DNA of 64,000 nucleotides from Paracoccaceae bacterium (GCA_041397065.1 JAWKXG010000012.1:267-64266); one strand, 5' to 3'. Numbered from the stretch's first letter, positions 28,196 through 38,525 are shown. Program-made: numbers and translations. The notes: generated by a model not told the origin, from the sequence alone.

Positions 28196-28951
28196 TTATT
28201 CGGCGCATGGGGGCAAACCCTCCAATCCGGTCTGTGCCCGATAACGGCCAAGGTCGCGAATAACCGGCTGCCCACTGGAAAAGCGGATCCCCAGGATGCG
28301 GCGCCAATCGCCCGAAGGCACGACGATCTCTGTCGTGGTGCCGCAAAGGCGGGTCGTGCTGGTGATGACCTCGTCGCCGATCCGGTGATTGCTGACACCA
28401 TCGAGGGTGCGCACCGGCACGAAACGTGCACCCTCAACGGCGACGATCACCAGTTGCCGCGCCAGGTGGGGCATGGCCACATAGGCGATCTGAGGCGCGC
28501 CCGTGCCAAGGAAATCAGCGATGCCCAGCGGCGCAAGCCACCGGAAGCGTCGGCCAATGAACTCTCCGGCGGTGCGCAGGTGCAGGCGCGGGCCTTCGCC
28601 CGTGTTTTCGATTGCCCATGCCGTCAATCGGGCGCCGTGCGATTGGTCGCTCTCGACGGTCACGATCTCGGGCGTTCCGTCGGCGTCGATATCCCACAAA
28701 CGTGGGGCGATATCTTCAAAGACGCGCGCATCGGGCAGCGTGTGACGCAGTTGGGTCCCGTTTTCCAACGTAACCTCGAGCGTCGCGCGTCCGGGGATCC
28801 CGCCAAGGACATTGTGAGGATATCGATCAGTTTCGTCCGTCAGCCGGGCAGACGCGGGTGCCAGCGGATCGGCCATTGCAGCCGATGCCACAAGGGTCAG
28901 CGCGAGAAGGCCAGGGAAGATCGTGAAGCGTTGCATATCCATGAATCGCAC
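28196..28951 (-). CDS. Secreted FG-GAP/VCBS-repeat-like protein
   Basis: Signal peptide, RYPHNVLG, DIDADGTPEIV and ADFLGTG..IAYV..PHL motifs. Confidence 0.7.
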   Translation of the reverse strand: MRFMDMQRFTIFPGLLALTLVASAAMADPLAPASARLTDETDRYPHNVLGGIPGRATLEVTLENGTQLRHTLPDARVFEDIAPRLWDIDADGTPEIVTVESDQSHGARLTAWAIENTGEGPRLHLRTAGEFIGRRFRWLAPLGIADFLGTGAPQIAYVAMPHLARQLVIVAVEGARFVPVRTLDGVSNHRIGDEVITSTTRLCGTTTEIVVPSGDWRRILGIRFSSGQPVIRDLGRYRAQTGLEGLPPCAE

Positions 28952-29001
28952 GGCTGTTTGACCCGCGCAACGTTGCCCTGCCCGGTGTCGCGCAAGCGTG
29001 A

Positions 29002-30465
29002 TCAGCGCATGACAAATGGATCGGGGATCGGATCGTCAGAGGTGCGCAGCCACACGGTCTTGATGCTGGTATATTCCAGCGCGGCGGCCATCCCGCCCTC
29101 GCGCCCATGACCGGACAGGCCGTGTCCGCCAAACGGGGCGATGGGCGAGACCGCGCGATAGGTATTCACCCAGACGATCCCCGCGCGAATGCCCCGGATC
29201 ATCCGGTGCGCGCGCGTCAGATCGCGGGTGAACACGCCCGATGCGAGCCCGTAGGCGGTGTCATTCGCCAGTGCCAGCGCTTCGGCTTCGGTGTCGAAAC
29301 TTGTGACCGACAGCACCGGGCCGAAGAATTCTTCGGCCAAGGCAGGGGCATCGGGCGCATCCGAGCAATCGAGGATGGTGGGCGGGAAAAAGAACCCCGC
29401 TCCGTCGGGCGCCTTGCCACCCGTGATCACACGCGCGCCTGCCGCAACCGAGCGGACGATCAATCCCTCGATCCCGGCGCGTTGGCGGGCGGTGCACAGG
29501 GGGCCGACTTCGGTTTCCATGCGGTCAGGGGCGCCGATGGCGACGGCCTCGGCCTTCGCGCGCAGGCTGGCCAGAAACTGGTCCTTGATGCTGCGCTGCA
29601 CGATCAGGCGCGAGCCCGCAACGCAGCTTTGCCCGGTCGCGGCAAATATCCCTGCCACTTGCGCGTTGGCGGCGCTATCCAGATCGGCGTCTTCGAACAC
29701 GATGAAAGGCGATTTTCCGCCCAGTTCCAGCGACGTTTTCGCGAGGTTCTCGGCCGAGGCGCGCACGATATGCCTTGCCGTTCCCGGCCCACCGGTAAAG
29801 GCGATCTTGGCCACCCGCGGATGGGTAGCCAGCGCGTGCCCAGCCTCTGGCCCACCGGTGAGGATGTTCACCACCCCCGGCGGAAAGCCCGCCTCGTGCA
29901 CCAAGTGCGCGAACTCCAGCAGGGGCGCGGGCCCATCCTCGGACGCTTTCAGAACCACCGTGCAACCCGCCGCAAGGGCAGGCCCCAACTTGACCGCCGA
30001 CAGGAAAAGCTGCGAGTTCCACGGCACGATTGCCGCCACCACGCCCGCCGGTTCACGGCGCAGCCAGACCTCCATATCGGGTTTGTCGATGGGCAGATGC
30101 GCGCCTTCGATCTTGTCGGCCAGCCCGGCGTAGTAACGATAATACTCGGCCACATAGGCGATCTGGGCCGAGGTTTCGCGGATGATCTTGCCCGTGTCCC
30201 GGGTTTCCAGCGCAGCCAATCGCGGCGCGGCAGCCTGCACCAGATCGGCCAAGCGATAGAGCAGTTTGCCGCGCGCGGTCGCCGTCATCGCGGGCCAAGC
30301 GCCTTGGGTAAAGGCCCGATGCGCGGCGCGGACCGCCCGATCGACATCCTCTGCCCCCGCCAGCGGCATCCGCGCCCAAGCTACGCCCGTCGCCGGGTCG
30401 AGGCTGTCGAACTGCGCGGCGCCATCGTCGAACGCCCCGTCGATATACTGCTGGAACTGGTCCAT
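29002..30465 (-). CDS. Aldehyde dehydrogenase
   Basis: PWNS, FTGG, LELGGKSP, GQSCVAG and EEFFGPV motifs. Confidence 0.95.
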   Translation of the reverse strand: MDQFQQYIDGAFDDGAAQFDSLDPATGVAWARMPLAGAEDVDRAVRAAHRAFTQGAWPAMTATARGKLLYRLADLVQAAAPRLAALETRDTGKIIRETSAQIAYVAEYYRYYAGLADKIEGAHLPIDKPDMEVWLRREPAGVVAAIVPWNSQLFLSAVKLGPALAAGCTVVLKASEDGPAPLLEFAHLVHEAGFPPGVVNILTGGPEAGHALATHPRVAKIAFTGGPGTARHIVRASAENLAKTSLELGGKSPFIVFEDADLDSAANAQVAGIFAATGQSCVAGSRLIVQRSIKDQFLASLRAKAEAVAIGAPDRMETEVGPLCTARQRAGIEGLIVRSVAAGARVITGGKAPDGAGFFFPPTILDCSDAPDAPALAEEFFGPVLSVTSFDTEAEALALANDTAYGLASGVFTRDLTRAHRMIRGIRAGIVWVNTYRAVSPIAPFGGHGLSGHGREGGMAAALEYTSIKTVWLRTSDDPIPDPFVMR

Positions 30466-30477
30466 CTGGTCCCCCTG

Positions 30478-31515
30478 TCAGGCGAAGGCGGGCATCACGT
30501 CGCGGATCAATCGCTGCAACGATGCCTTCTTACGCTCAAAGCTCATGCCCGTGTCGATCCAGAAGCTGAATTCATCGTATCCCAGCGATTCATAGGTTTT
30601 CAGCCGTGCGATCACCTCGGGTGCCTCGCCGATGATCTGGTTCTTGCGCATCGCCTCGGGCGAATAGAAGGGATGCGCGGCAATCTCGTCATCGGTCAGG
30701 GTCTGGATCAGGCCTTGCGAGATCGGGCGTTCGTTTTTGAACCATGCGCCGAAATAGCAATAGAACGTGTTGATCTCTTCCGCGCCGCGCTGTGCGTCTT
30801 CTTCGCTGTCGGCAACGTAGGCGTGACGCAGCACCATGATCTTGGGGCGCGGCACCTCGGGATGGGCAGCGCAGGCCGCGTTGAAGCGGTCCATCAGGCT
30901 GATGACCTCTTCGTCACCCATGTGCAGCGGCGTGACCTGCACGTTGCACCCATTCGCCACGGCGAAATCATGGCTGTTGGGGTCGCGCGCCGCGACCCAG
31001 ATCGGCGGGCCGGGTTGCTGCACCGGTTTGGGCGAGGATGTCGTGCAGGGAAACTGCCAATACTGCCCGTCGTGCGTGTAATCCCCCTGCCAGAGTGCTT
31101 TGACAGCCGGGATCAGCTCGCGCATGCGGCCACCCGCGTTCCATGCGTCCAGCCCCGGCAGCAGGCGCTCGTATTCGAAACTATAGGCCCCGCGCGCGAT
31201 CCCCAGATCCAGCCGCCCGTCCATGATGATGTCGGCCATCGCGGCCTCGCCCGCCAAGCGGATCGGGTGCCAGAATGGCGCGACCACCGTGCCCGTGCCC
31301 AGACGCACGTTCTTTGTTCGCCGCGCCAGATCGACGAGGTTCAGCAGCGGATTCGGCGCTATGGTGAAATTCATCCCGTGATGCTCGCCCGTCCAGATCG
31401 CGCGCATCCCGCCCGCGTCCGCGATCTCACAAAGCTCGATCATCTCTTCATAGAGCCTGCGCTGATCGTCCTCGGCCGATACGCGTTCCATGTGAATGAA
31501 GAGCGAGAATTTCAT
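30478..31515 (-). CDS. LLM-class (luciferase-like) flavin-dependent monooxygenase
   Basis: WTGEHH, RLGTG, HPIRLAGE, GRLDLGIARG and PKPVQ motifs. Confidence 0.9.
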   Translation of the reverse strand: MKFSLFIHMERVSAEDDQRRLYEEMIELCEIADAGGMRAIWTGEHHGMNFTIAPNPLLNLVDLARRTKNVRLGTGTVVAPFWHPIRLAGEAAMADIIMDGRLDLGIARGAYSFEYERLLPGLDAWNAGGRMRELIPAVKALWQGDYTHDGQYWQFPCTTSSPKPVQQPGPPIWVAARDPNSHDFAVANGCNVQVTPLHMGDEEVISLMDRFNAACAAHPEVPRPKIMVLRHAYVADSEEDAQRGAEEINTFYCYFGAWFKNERPISQGLIQTLTDDEIAAHPFYSPEAMRKNQIIGEAPEVIARLKTYESLGYDEFSFWIDTGMSFERKKASLQRLIRDVMPAFA

Positions 31516-32321
31516 GCGATCCGTCCTTGAGCGAGTGGGGCAGACGCCGCCATCCAGCGGCGCAATTCGGCGTTGACGGCCTCGGGGGCGGTCAACGGCA
31601 TCATGTGGCGGTGACCTTGCAGCACGACCGCGCGGCCCAGCGGTGCCGCAGCGGCCAGCGCTTGCGTCATCGCGGGGGTCGAATTTGCGTCACCGTCGGC
31701 GGTCATCGCCAGGACGGGGCAGGCGAGCGATGCGATTCCGGCGGCATAGGTCATGTCACCCATCGCGAAGGCGCGGTAAGCGGCGGCATATCCAGCCGAC
31801 GAAACGCCCTGCAACCACGCGCCGACCTGGGCGCGATGCGCGGTTTCGGCGGGGGTAAACCAGCGATCAAGCGGCGCCAGCGGGTCGGCCTGCCCGGCGG
31901 CAATTGCTTGCGCGCGGGTTTCGACCGCTGCGCGCGCGTCAGGCGTGCGGCGATAGACCGTGTTCAGCAATGCCACCCGCGTGACAAGCGCGGGATGGTC
32001 AACCGCCAGCCCCGCTGCGATCAACGCGCCCATCGAATGCCCGGCGACCGCGACAGCCCCCAGATCCAGCGCGCGGACAAGCCCCGCTGTCCAAGCGACG
32101 AAATCGGACAGGTCGGGCGCGCCGGGCAGCACGGAACTGTCCCCATGACCCGGAAGATCGGCGGCGATCACGCGAAAATCGCGCGACAGATCGGCCAGTT
32201 GCGGTTCCCACACCTCGGCCTGCAGGCCGACGCCGTGCAGCAGCAGAAGGGGCTCGCCGGGGCCCGCCTCGATCAGACGGATGCTGGCGCCGTCAGACAG
32301 CCGCAGGGTTCGACTCATCAT
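31512..32321 (-). CDS. Alpha/beta hydrolase
   Basis: HGVG, DLPGHG, GHSMG nucleophile elbow and C-terminal His (GHRHM). Confidence 0.88.
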   Translation of the reverse strand: MMSRTLRLSDGASIRLIEAGPGEPLLLLHGVGLQAEVWEPQLADLSRDFRVIAADLPGHGDSSVLPGAPDLSDFVAWTAGLVRALDLGAVAVAGHSMGALIAAGLAVDHPALVTRVALLNTVYRRTPDARAAVETRAQAIAAGQADPLAPLDRWFTPAETAHRAQVGAWLQGVSSAGYAAAYRAFAMGDMTYAAGIASLACPVLAMTADGDANSTPAMTQALAAAAPLGRAVVLQGHRHMMPLTAPEAVNAELRRWMAASAPLAQGRIA

Positions 32322-32895
32322 GCCCGAGATCTCTCAGATCCTGATACCGGTCGCCAATCCGGTGATGCGGCCGCCCCCCGATCGAGGCACCCAAGGCAAC
32401 GATGATCTCGTCTGGCGCAGGGGCATCGGCGATGGCGAAATGAACCGTCAGGTAATGCGACCGCCGGCCGGCGTCGTTCTTGTCCATCAGGGGGATCATC
32501 ACCGGGCAGTTCGCCGGACCGCGCACATTGGTGAAGGCCAGATACGTCTTCGCTCCGACGGCCTGCCGATAATGGTTGCCGAAACGCAGTGTGTGGATCA
32601 GCGCGCTGGCGTGCTCGACCTCACCGTTCACCCCGACCACGGCGGCCTTGCCATAGCCTTCGATCCTGTCGCCGCCACCGGCTGCATCGAGGATCATCGC
32701 AGTCAGCATCTCGCCCAGACCGGGGGCGACATCGTGGATTTCGGGCTTGAGATCCTCGACAAAGCCGCGCCCGGCCCAGGGGTTCGCGATCACCGCAGCG
32801 GCGGCGATCAGGCGCAGCGGCATGGGCGCCGCCCGCCCCCCTTCGATGAGGGTCGTTTCATCATGGATCAGGGTCTTGCGGATCAGCGCGGGCAT
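32293..32895 (-). CDS. DUF1185 / 'amino acid synthesis' family protein
   Basis: AVIANPWAG, YGKAAVVG.NGE.EH, RSHY and DAP.PDEI motifs; start MPALIRK. Confidence 0.8.
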   Translation of the reverse strand: MPALIRKTLIHDETTLIEGGRAAPMPLRLIAAAAVIANPWAGRGFVEDLKPEIHDVAPGLGEMLTAMILDAAGGGDRIEGYGKAAVVGVNGEVEHASALIHTLRFGNHYRQAVGAKTYLAFTNVRGPANCPVMIPLMDKNDAGRRSHYLTVHFAIADAPAPDEIIVALGASIGGRPHHRIGDRYQDLRDLGHDESNPAAV

Positions 32896-32923
32896 GGGCA
32901 CCTCGGGTTCGTTTGCGGTATGT

Positions 32924-32933
32924 TGGTATACCA
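32924..32933. promoter_or_regulatory. Palindrome TGGTATACCA, probable operator of the adjacent GntR
   Basis: Perfect 10-bp palindrome in the divergent DUF1185/GntR spacer. Confidence 0.55.
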
Positions 32934-32991
32934 TCAGACCGTCTGTCAAGATGACTTGCCAAGCCAACGGGCGCATCCTAGGATTCCGCGC

Positions 32992-33687
32992 ATGATCAGC
33001 GATACCGCGACAGCGACCGACCTGCGCATTGACCGCCAGACGACGACCCTGCGAGGGTTGGCGGTGGAACGCCTGCGCCAAGCGATCATTACCGGGCATT
33101 TTTCGGGTGGCGAAAGGCTGGTGGAGCGCGCGCTTTGCGACCAATTGGGCGTTTCGCGATCCGTGGTGCGCGAGGCGATCCGCTATCTCGAGGCCGAAGG
33201 ACTGGTCGAGATCGAGCCGCGTTCGGGCCCTATCGTCGCGACCCTCGATTGGCCAAGGGCGCGCCAGATCTATGACATCCGGCGCCTGCTCGAGGCCGAG
33301 GCCGCCGCCGATTGCGCCCGCCGCGCCGATCCTGTGGTCGAGACCCGTCTGAGGGATGCGCTTGCGGCGCTCAGCGCGCAGCGCAACAGGGGAACCCCCG
33401 AGGCCCTGCTGCAAGCGACCGAGGCCTTTTACGAGGTGATCTTTGACGCCGCGGGCCACGCCATCGCGTGGGAGATCGTGCAGCGGCTCAACAGCCGCAT
33501 TTCACGGTTGCGGGCATTGACCTTGTCGCGGTCCGACAGGGCCGTGCCGGGACAAGCCCATATGGAAAGGATCTGCGCCGCGATCTGTGCGCATGACCCT
33601 GATGCAGCAGCGCGTGCGGTGAACGATCACCTGCGCGACGCGGCCGAGATCGCCCATCGTGCGCTTGTCGCAACGGCGGCGACCTGA
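32992..33687 (+). CDS. GntR family regulator (FCD domain)
   Basis: GERLVER.LC..LGVSRSVVREA HTH; FCD-type C-terminal domain. Confidence 0.9.
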   Translation: MISDTATATDLRIDRQTTTLRGLAVERLRQAIITGHFSGGERLVERALCDQLGVSRSVVREAIRYLEAEGLVEIEPRSGPIVATLDWPRARQIYDIRRLLEAEAAADCARRADPVVETRLRDALAALSAQRNRGTPEALLQATEAFYEVIFDAAGHAIAWEIVQRLNSRISRLRALTLSRSDRAVPGQAHMERICAAICAHDPDAAARAVNDHLRDAAEIAHRALVATAAT

Positions 33688-33803
33688 CAGCGCCACAACA
33701 AAGAAACACGCCTGCTTTCCCTTGACGGCACCGGGTGGCGCCGCGATCCTTCGATGAAATGCACACCGGGCCCAAAGGCCCCGGTTCACAGAACGAGGCA
33801 AGG

Positions 33804-34622
33804 ATGGGCAAATTTCGTTTCAACCCCGATGCGCGGTATCGGATGCCGGTGATCTTCGGCCCGGTCGTCGGTCCCCGGCAGGCGCCGGATCTGGGGCGAT
33901 ATGACCCGTCGACATCCCCCTATACGGTGACAACGGTTCGTTTCCGCACGGACCCCGAAGCCATCGACGCGCTGCTGCCCGAACGGTTCACGCTGGACGG
34001 CGAGGCGGTCGTCACGCTGGAACATACCGTTCTGACCAACCTCGGCTGGTTGGCGGGCCGGGGTTATACGATGCTGGGGGTCAAGTTTCCGGTGCGCTTC
34101 GACGGGCGCGACGGGGCGGTGCGCGGTGACCTGCTGGCGGTGCTGTGGGAAAACCTCACCGCGCCGATCCTTTCGGGGCGCGAGGAACTGGGTTTTGCCA
34201 AGATCCACTGCGACTTGCCCGAGGCGCAGGAACACGGCAACCGCCGTATCTGCCGCGCCAGTTGGGACGGGTTCGAGTTCCTCGAAATGACGCTGGACGA
34301 TCTGCACGACGCCCCCGTGCCGCCAAGTGCGCCACGCGACGGTATCCTGCATTACGGCTATCGCCCGCCGCTGGTGCCGGGGCGACCGCATGACGATGGG
34401 GTGCAGGTCATGCTCAGCCCCACGACACCGGCCCCGACGGTGCAAAGAAACCGCGCAGGGATCGCCGGGTTGACGATCCGCCGCGCCAGTTTCGAGCAGC
34501 TTCCAACCATGTTCCACATTGTCAATGCGCTGGCAGACCTGCCCCCTCACGAGATGCTGGGCGGTCGGGTCTGGCACGGAACCGGCAAGACCGACCTGAG
34601 CGAACAACGCCCGTTGTTCTGA
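33804..34622 (+). CDS. Acetoacetate decarboxylase family protein
   Basis: YRMPVIFGP, LGWLAGRGY and GREELGFAK (Schiff-base Lys position retained). Confidence 0.75.
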   Translation: MGKFRFNPDARYRMPVIFGPVVGPRQAPDLGRYDPSTSPYTVTTVRFRTDPEAIDALLPERFTLDGEAVVTLEHTVLTNLGWLAGRGYTMLGVKFPVRFDGRDGAVRGDLLAVLWENLTAPILSGREELGFAKIHCDLPEAQEHGNRRICRASWDGFEFLEMTLDDLHDAPVPPSAPRDGILHYGYRPPLVPGRPHDDGVQVMLSPTTPAPTVQRNRAGIAGLTIRRASFEQLPTMFHIVNALADLPPHEMLGGRVWHGTGKTDLSEQRPLF

Positions 34623-34634
34623 CCCGCGCCGGCG

Positions 34635-35426
34635 TCAGCTGTTGGGGCGCACCCGCGCTGCGGTCTTGTTGCCGAACGCCTCGAGACGTGCGCGGGCGGG
34701 CGCTTGGGTGTTGACGATCCCGGCGACGCAGGCCTCGGCATAGGCGGCGTCGAGGGCCGACATGTTCTGCATATGGCTGATCGCCGAGCAGATCGCGAAG
34801 TTGGTCAGCGGCAGGTTCTGTGCCGCGCGCTGCGCCAGTTCCAGCGCCTTGTCGAACGACGACCCTTCGACGCGGTATTGCGCCAGTCCGATGTCGATGG
34901 CTTCCTGCCCCTGATAAACGCGGCCGGTCAGCATCATGTCGATCATCCGCGCCTTGCCGACCAGATCGGCCACGCGGATCGTCGCGCCGCCGCCGGTGAA
35001 CAGGCCGCGCTGACCCTCGGGGAGGGCGAAATAGGTGCCGGCATCGGCCACCCGAACGTGCGCCGCGCTGGCCAGTTCCAGCCCGCCGCCGACAACCGCC
35101 CCTTTGAGCGCGGCGATCACCGGAACCCCGCCATATTCCATCTTGTTGAAGGCTTCGTGCCAGCGCAGGCAAAGCTGCCAGAAATCCTCGGGGGCGCGGT
35201 CTTCGCGATGGTGTTCGACAAGGTCGAGACCGGCGCAGAAGTGATCGCCCTTGGCTGCCAGAACGATCGACCGTGCCCCGGCAGTGCGCGCGCCCGAAAA
35301 CAGCGTCACCAGTTCTTCGACCGTGGCAGCGTTCAGCGCGTTGCGCTTTTCAGGACGGTTCAGCGTCACGACCCAGACGCCGTCGTCGTGGCGGTCAACC
35401 AGAAGGTTTTCGAAATCGGTCTGCAT
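34635..35426 (-). CDS. dmdD: Methylthioacryloyl-CoA hydratase DmdD (crotonase family)
   Basis: Closely resembles Roseobacter DmdD as I recall it: [54 protein letters not shown] and terminal [10 protein letters not shown]. Confidence 0.85.
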   Translation of the reverse strand: MQTDFENLLVDRHDDGVWVVTLNRPEKRNALNAATVEELVTLFSGARTAGARSIVLAAKGDHFCAGLDLVEHHREDRAPEDFWQLCLRWHEAFNKMEYGGVPVIAALKGAVVGGGLELASAAHVRVADAGTYFALPEGQRGLFTGGGATIRVADLVGKARMIDMMLTGRVYQGQEAIDIGLAQYRVEGSSFDKALELAQRAAQNLPLTNFAICSAISHMQNMSALDAAYAEACVAGIVNTQAPARARLEAFGNKTAARVRPNS

Positions 35427-35524
35427 GGCGGGGCCTTTCCAAGAAAATGAGTCGCGCGCGACCCTACTGCATTTCTCGGCGGGGGCCGAGGTGTCGCTGC
35501 GTCACATCGCGCGCCGATGGGCGG

Positions 35525-36628
35525 TCAGAGGAACGGCAGTTCGCACAATGTCCCGCGGTGGGTTGCGCCGCCGATGATGCAGTCGACGGTGTCGCCGACG
35601 TTCAGCGAGCGGGCAACGATGGCGAAGCCGATGTTCTTCTCGAGCCGGTACGAGAAGGCGACGTTGGTCAGATCGCCGATCTTGTGCCCGCCCTGATGGA
35701 TCGGGTTCCAGGTGAAGCCCGGCGCGATGGGGGCGTCGCCTTCCAGCACCAGACCCAGCGTGTGGCGCTTGGGCCCCTCGGCCGCGATCTGGCGCAGCGC
35801 CTGAATGCCGATGGTGTCGTCGGGCACGTGCAGGTCAACGTATTTGCCCATGCGCACTTCGAAAGGGTTGGTCGTTGTGTCGCTGTCGCCGCCGTATGAC
35901 ACCAGCCCCGATTCGATGCGTTCGCACCAGTTGGGGTTGCCTGGTCCGATGCCCCAAGGCTGGCCCGCCTCGCGCACGAGGTTCCACAGCTGCGTGCCCT
36001 TCGAGCCGTCGCGCAGATAGAGTTCGAACCCGCCCTGCTTGGACCAGCCCGAGCGCTGCACGACCAGCGGAATGCCGTCGATCTCGGCTTCCTTGAACCA
36101 GAAATACTTCAGCTCGCGGACCCAGTCGCCAAAGATATGCGCGATCACGTCTTCGGCCTTGGGGCCCTGCACCGCGAGGGGCGAGACATCGGGTTCGCTG
36201 ACCTCGACGTCCAGCCCGCGTTCCGACGCGATGGCCTGCGCCCAGAACCAGATGTTGGAATCGGCGATCGACAGCCAGAACAGGTCATCCGCCAGTTTCA
36301 GGCAGATCGGGTCGTTGATCAGCACGCCGTGGTGATTGCACAGAGGCACGTATTTGCCTTGGCCCACCTTCTGCTTGGACAGGTCGCGCGGCGCGAGGAT
36401 CTGCGCAAGGCGCGCCGCATCGGGACCCTTCAACTGAACCTGACGTTCCACGGCCACATCCCACTGGCTGACACCGTTGATCAGGCGCCAGTATTCTTCT
36501 TCGGGATGGCCATACGAGGTGGGCATCAGCATGTGGTTATAGGTGGTGAACGTCTTGACCCCCTCTGCCACCGTAGCATCGAAGAAGGGCGAAGGCCGCA
36601 GACGGGCCGAGGGGGTGATGCCGAACAT
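35525..36628 (-). CDS. DmdA-like THF-dependent demethylase (GcvT family)
   Basis: YNHM, WDVAVERQV, INDP, EPDVSPLAVQGP and RSGWSKQGGFE motifs of the DmdA clade, but divergent from canonical DmdA. Confidence 0.75.
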   Translation of the reverse strand: MFGITPSARLRPSPFFDATVAEGVKTFTTYNHMLMPTSYGHPEEEYWRLINGVSQWDVAVERQVQLKGPDAARLAQILAPRDLSKQKVGQGKYVPLCNHHGVLINDPICLKLADDLFWLSIADSNIWFWAQAIASERGLDVEVSEPDVSPLAVQGPKAEDVIAHIFGDWVRELKYFWFKEAEIDGIPLVVQRSGWSKQGGFELYLRDGSKGTQLWNLVREAGQPWGIGPGNPNWCERIESGLVSYGGDSDTTTNPFEVRMGKYVDLHVPDDTIGIQALRQIAAEGPKRHTLGLVLEGDAPIAPGFTWNPIHQGGHKIGDLTNVAFSYRLEKNIGFAIVARSLNVGDTVDCIIGGATHRGTLCELPFL

Positions 36629-36807
36629 GCGCGGTCCTCCGGTTCAGATGGGGCAGGGGGTTCGCGCCAGTAACCACGGCGGGGCACCGCGCGACAAACA
36701 ACGAATATCGGGGCAATGACCCCGTTCGCGGAATGCCTCCCTGAGGAATGCTTGTCGGGCGGGCGGGGGCTTTGCTATGACGGGGGGCCGCCGATGAAAG
36801 GCCAGTG

Positions 36808-37686
36808 ATGACCCAACCGTTGCCGCCGCTTACCTGGTTGCGCGCCTTCGAGGCGGCGGCTCGGCATCTCAGCTTCACGCTGGCGGCGGATGAACTGCAT
36901 CTCACGCAGGCCGCAATATCCAAGCATGTCCGGTTGCTCGAACATTATCTGCGCGAACCTTTGTTCCAACGGCTCCCGCGGTCACTGGCCCTGACGCCGT
37001 CGGGCGCGGCCTATTTGCCCAAAGTGCAGGATGCCTTCGCCCGTCTGGGTGCAGGCACCGCCGAAGTCTTCGGCGCGCGGCGCGGCGACATGCTGACGGT
37101 GCGCGCCCCCGTTGGATATGCCGTCACATGGCTGGCACCGCGGTTGCACGCCTTTTGCGCGGCAAACCCCGACGTTGCCTTGCGCATCGTTTCTTCGGTG
37201 TGGAACGAGGATACCGAGGGGCTGCGGCACGATCTCGATATCCTCTATGGGGTAGGGCGCTGGCCGGGGCATCGGGTAGAGCGGCTGACATGGGAGCAGG
37301 TCGAACCCGTGTGCGCGCCTTCGGTGGCGTCGCGGCTGTCGGTTCCCGATGATCTGGCCCGGGAAACGCTGGTGCATGTGATCGGCTATCAGGAAGGCTG
37401 GGCAACGTGGTTGGCGGCGGTGGGAGCCCGGGCGCCCGATGCCGGTGGTGGCCTGCAATTCGACACCACGGCCATGGCCCTTGCGGTTGCCGCAGCCGGT
37501 GGGGGGGTTGCGTTGGGGCGCAGTTCGATGGTGCAGACCGACCTTGCGTCTGGCCGACTGGTGGCGCCTTTCGGGATGCCCGTGACCGTCGAAGAGAGCT
37601 TCTGGCTTCTGTCCAATCCCGAAGGCCGCGAGCATCCACACGCCGCCCTGTTCCGCGACTGGCTTCTTGCCGAGGCGCGGCGCTAG
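36808..37686 (+). CDS. LysR family regulator (GcvA-like)
   Basis: LPPL.WLRAFEAAARHLSFT.AA.EL.LTQ.AIS N-terminal HTH; divergent from the dmdA-like gene. Confidence 0.9.
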   Translation: MTQPLPPLTWLRAFEAAARHLSFTLAADELHLTQAAISKHVRLLEHYLREPLFQRLPRSLALTPSGAAYLPKVQDAFARLGAGTAEVFGARRGDMLTVRAPVGYAVTWLAPRLHAFCAANPDVALRIVSSVWNEDTEGLRHDLDILYGVGRWPGHRVERLTWEQVEPVCAPSVASRLSVPDDLARETLVHVIGYQEGWATWLAAVGARAPDAGGGLQFDTTAMALAVAAAGGGVALGRSSMVQTDLASGRLVAPFGMPVTVEESFWLLSNPEGREHPHAALFRDWLLAEARR

Positions 37687-38525
37687 GCTTCGGCGACGAC
37701 GCGGTTGCGCAGCACGCCGATGCCGGAAATCTCGACCTCGCACAGATCCCCGTCGCGCAGCCAGATCGGCGGGGTGCGCCGCGAGCCCACGCCACCCGGC
37801 GTGCCGGTCACGATGACATCCCCCGGCACCAGCGGGATCATCGTCGAGGCGTAGGCGATGATCTGCGGGATGGGCGTGATCAGCAGTTTCAGCGACGAGT
37901 CCTGCAAGACTTGCCCGTTAACCCGCGTTTGCAGATGCAGGGTCGACGGGTCGGGGATCTCGTCGGCGGTGACCATCCAGGGCCCGAATCCGCCGGTGCC
38001 CATAAAGGTTTTTCCGGGCAGATACTGTGCGGTGTGGCGTTGATAATCACGCACCGATCCTTCGTTATAGCAGGCATACCCCGCGACATGGCTCAGGGCA
38101 TTATCAACGCTGATCCGCCGCCCGCCTTTCCCGATGATCAAGGCCAGCTCGCCTTCGTAATCGAACATGTCCGATTCCCGGGGTTTGATCATCGGTTGGT
38201 TGTGCCCCACCTGGCTGGCGGGATAACGCGCGAAAAGGGTAGGGTGGGGCGTTTCGACATTGCCGGTTTCCTCGACATGGTCGCGGTAGTTCAGGCCCAC
38301 GCAATAGATCTTCTCAGGGTTCGGAATGACCGGCGCATGGTCAACCGCGTCAAAGGCGTAATCCACGGGAAACCCCGCACAAGCGCGCGCGCTGTCCAGC
38401 GCATCGGCGGCCAGCAAGTCGCGCAGCGACGCGAAACCCAGCCGGCGGCCAAGATCGACGATGCCGCTCTCGGTCACGAGGCCAAAGCTGGCGCGGCCGT
38501 CGGCGATGAAAGAGCACAGCTTCAT
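37683..38525 (-). CDS. Fumarylacetoacetate hydrolase family protein
   Basis: CVGLNY.DH, DYEGELA, GKTF and PGDVIVTGTPGGVG motifs. Confidence 0.92.
   Translation of the reverse strand: MKLCSFIADGRASFGLVTESGIVDLGRRLGFASLRDLLAADALDSARACAGFPVDYAFDAVDHAPVIPNPEKIYCVGLNYRDHVEETGNVETPHPTLFARYPASQVGHNQPMIKPRESDMFDYEGELALIIGKGGRRISVDNALSHVAGYACYNEGSVRDYQRHTAQYLPGKTFMGTGGFGPWMVTADEIPDPSTLHLQTRVNGQVLQDSSLKLLITPIPQIIAYASTMIPLVPGDVIVTGTPGGVGSRRTPPIWLRDGDLCEVEISGIGVLRNRVVAEA

Noticed and set aside
29107-31530. 807-aa plus-strand ORF
   Set aside because: Antisense to the well-supported ALDH and LLM genes.
35525-36628. Firm dmdA gene symbol
   Set aside because: It shares DmdA-clade motifs but diverges from validated DmdA; phylogeny or an assay is needed.
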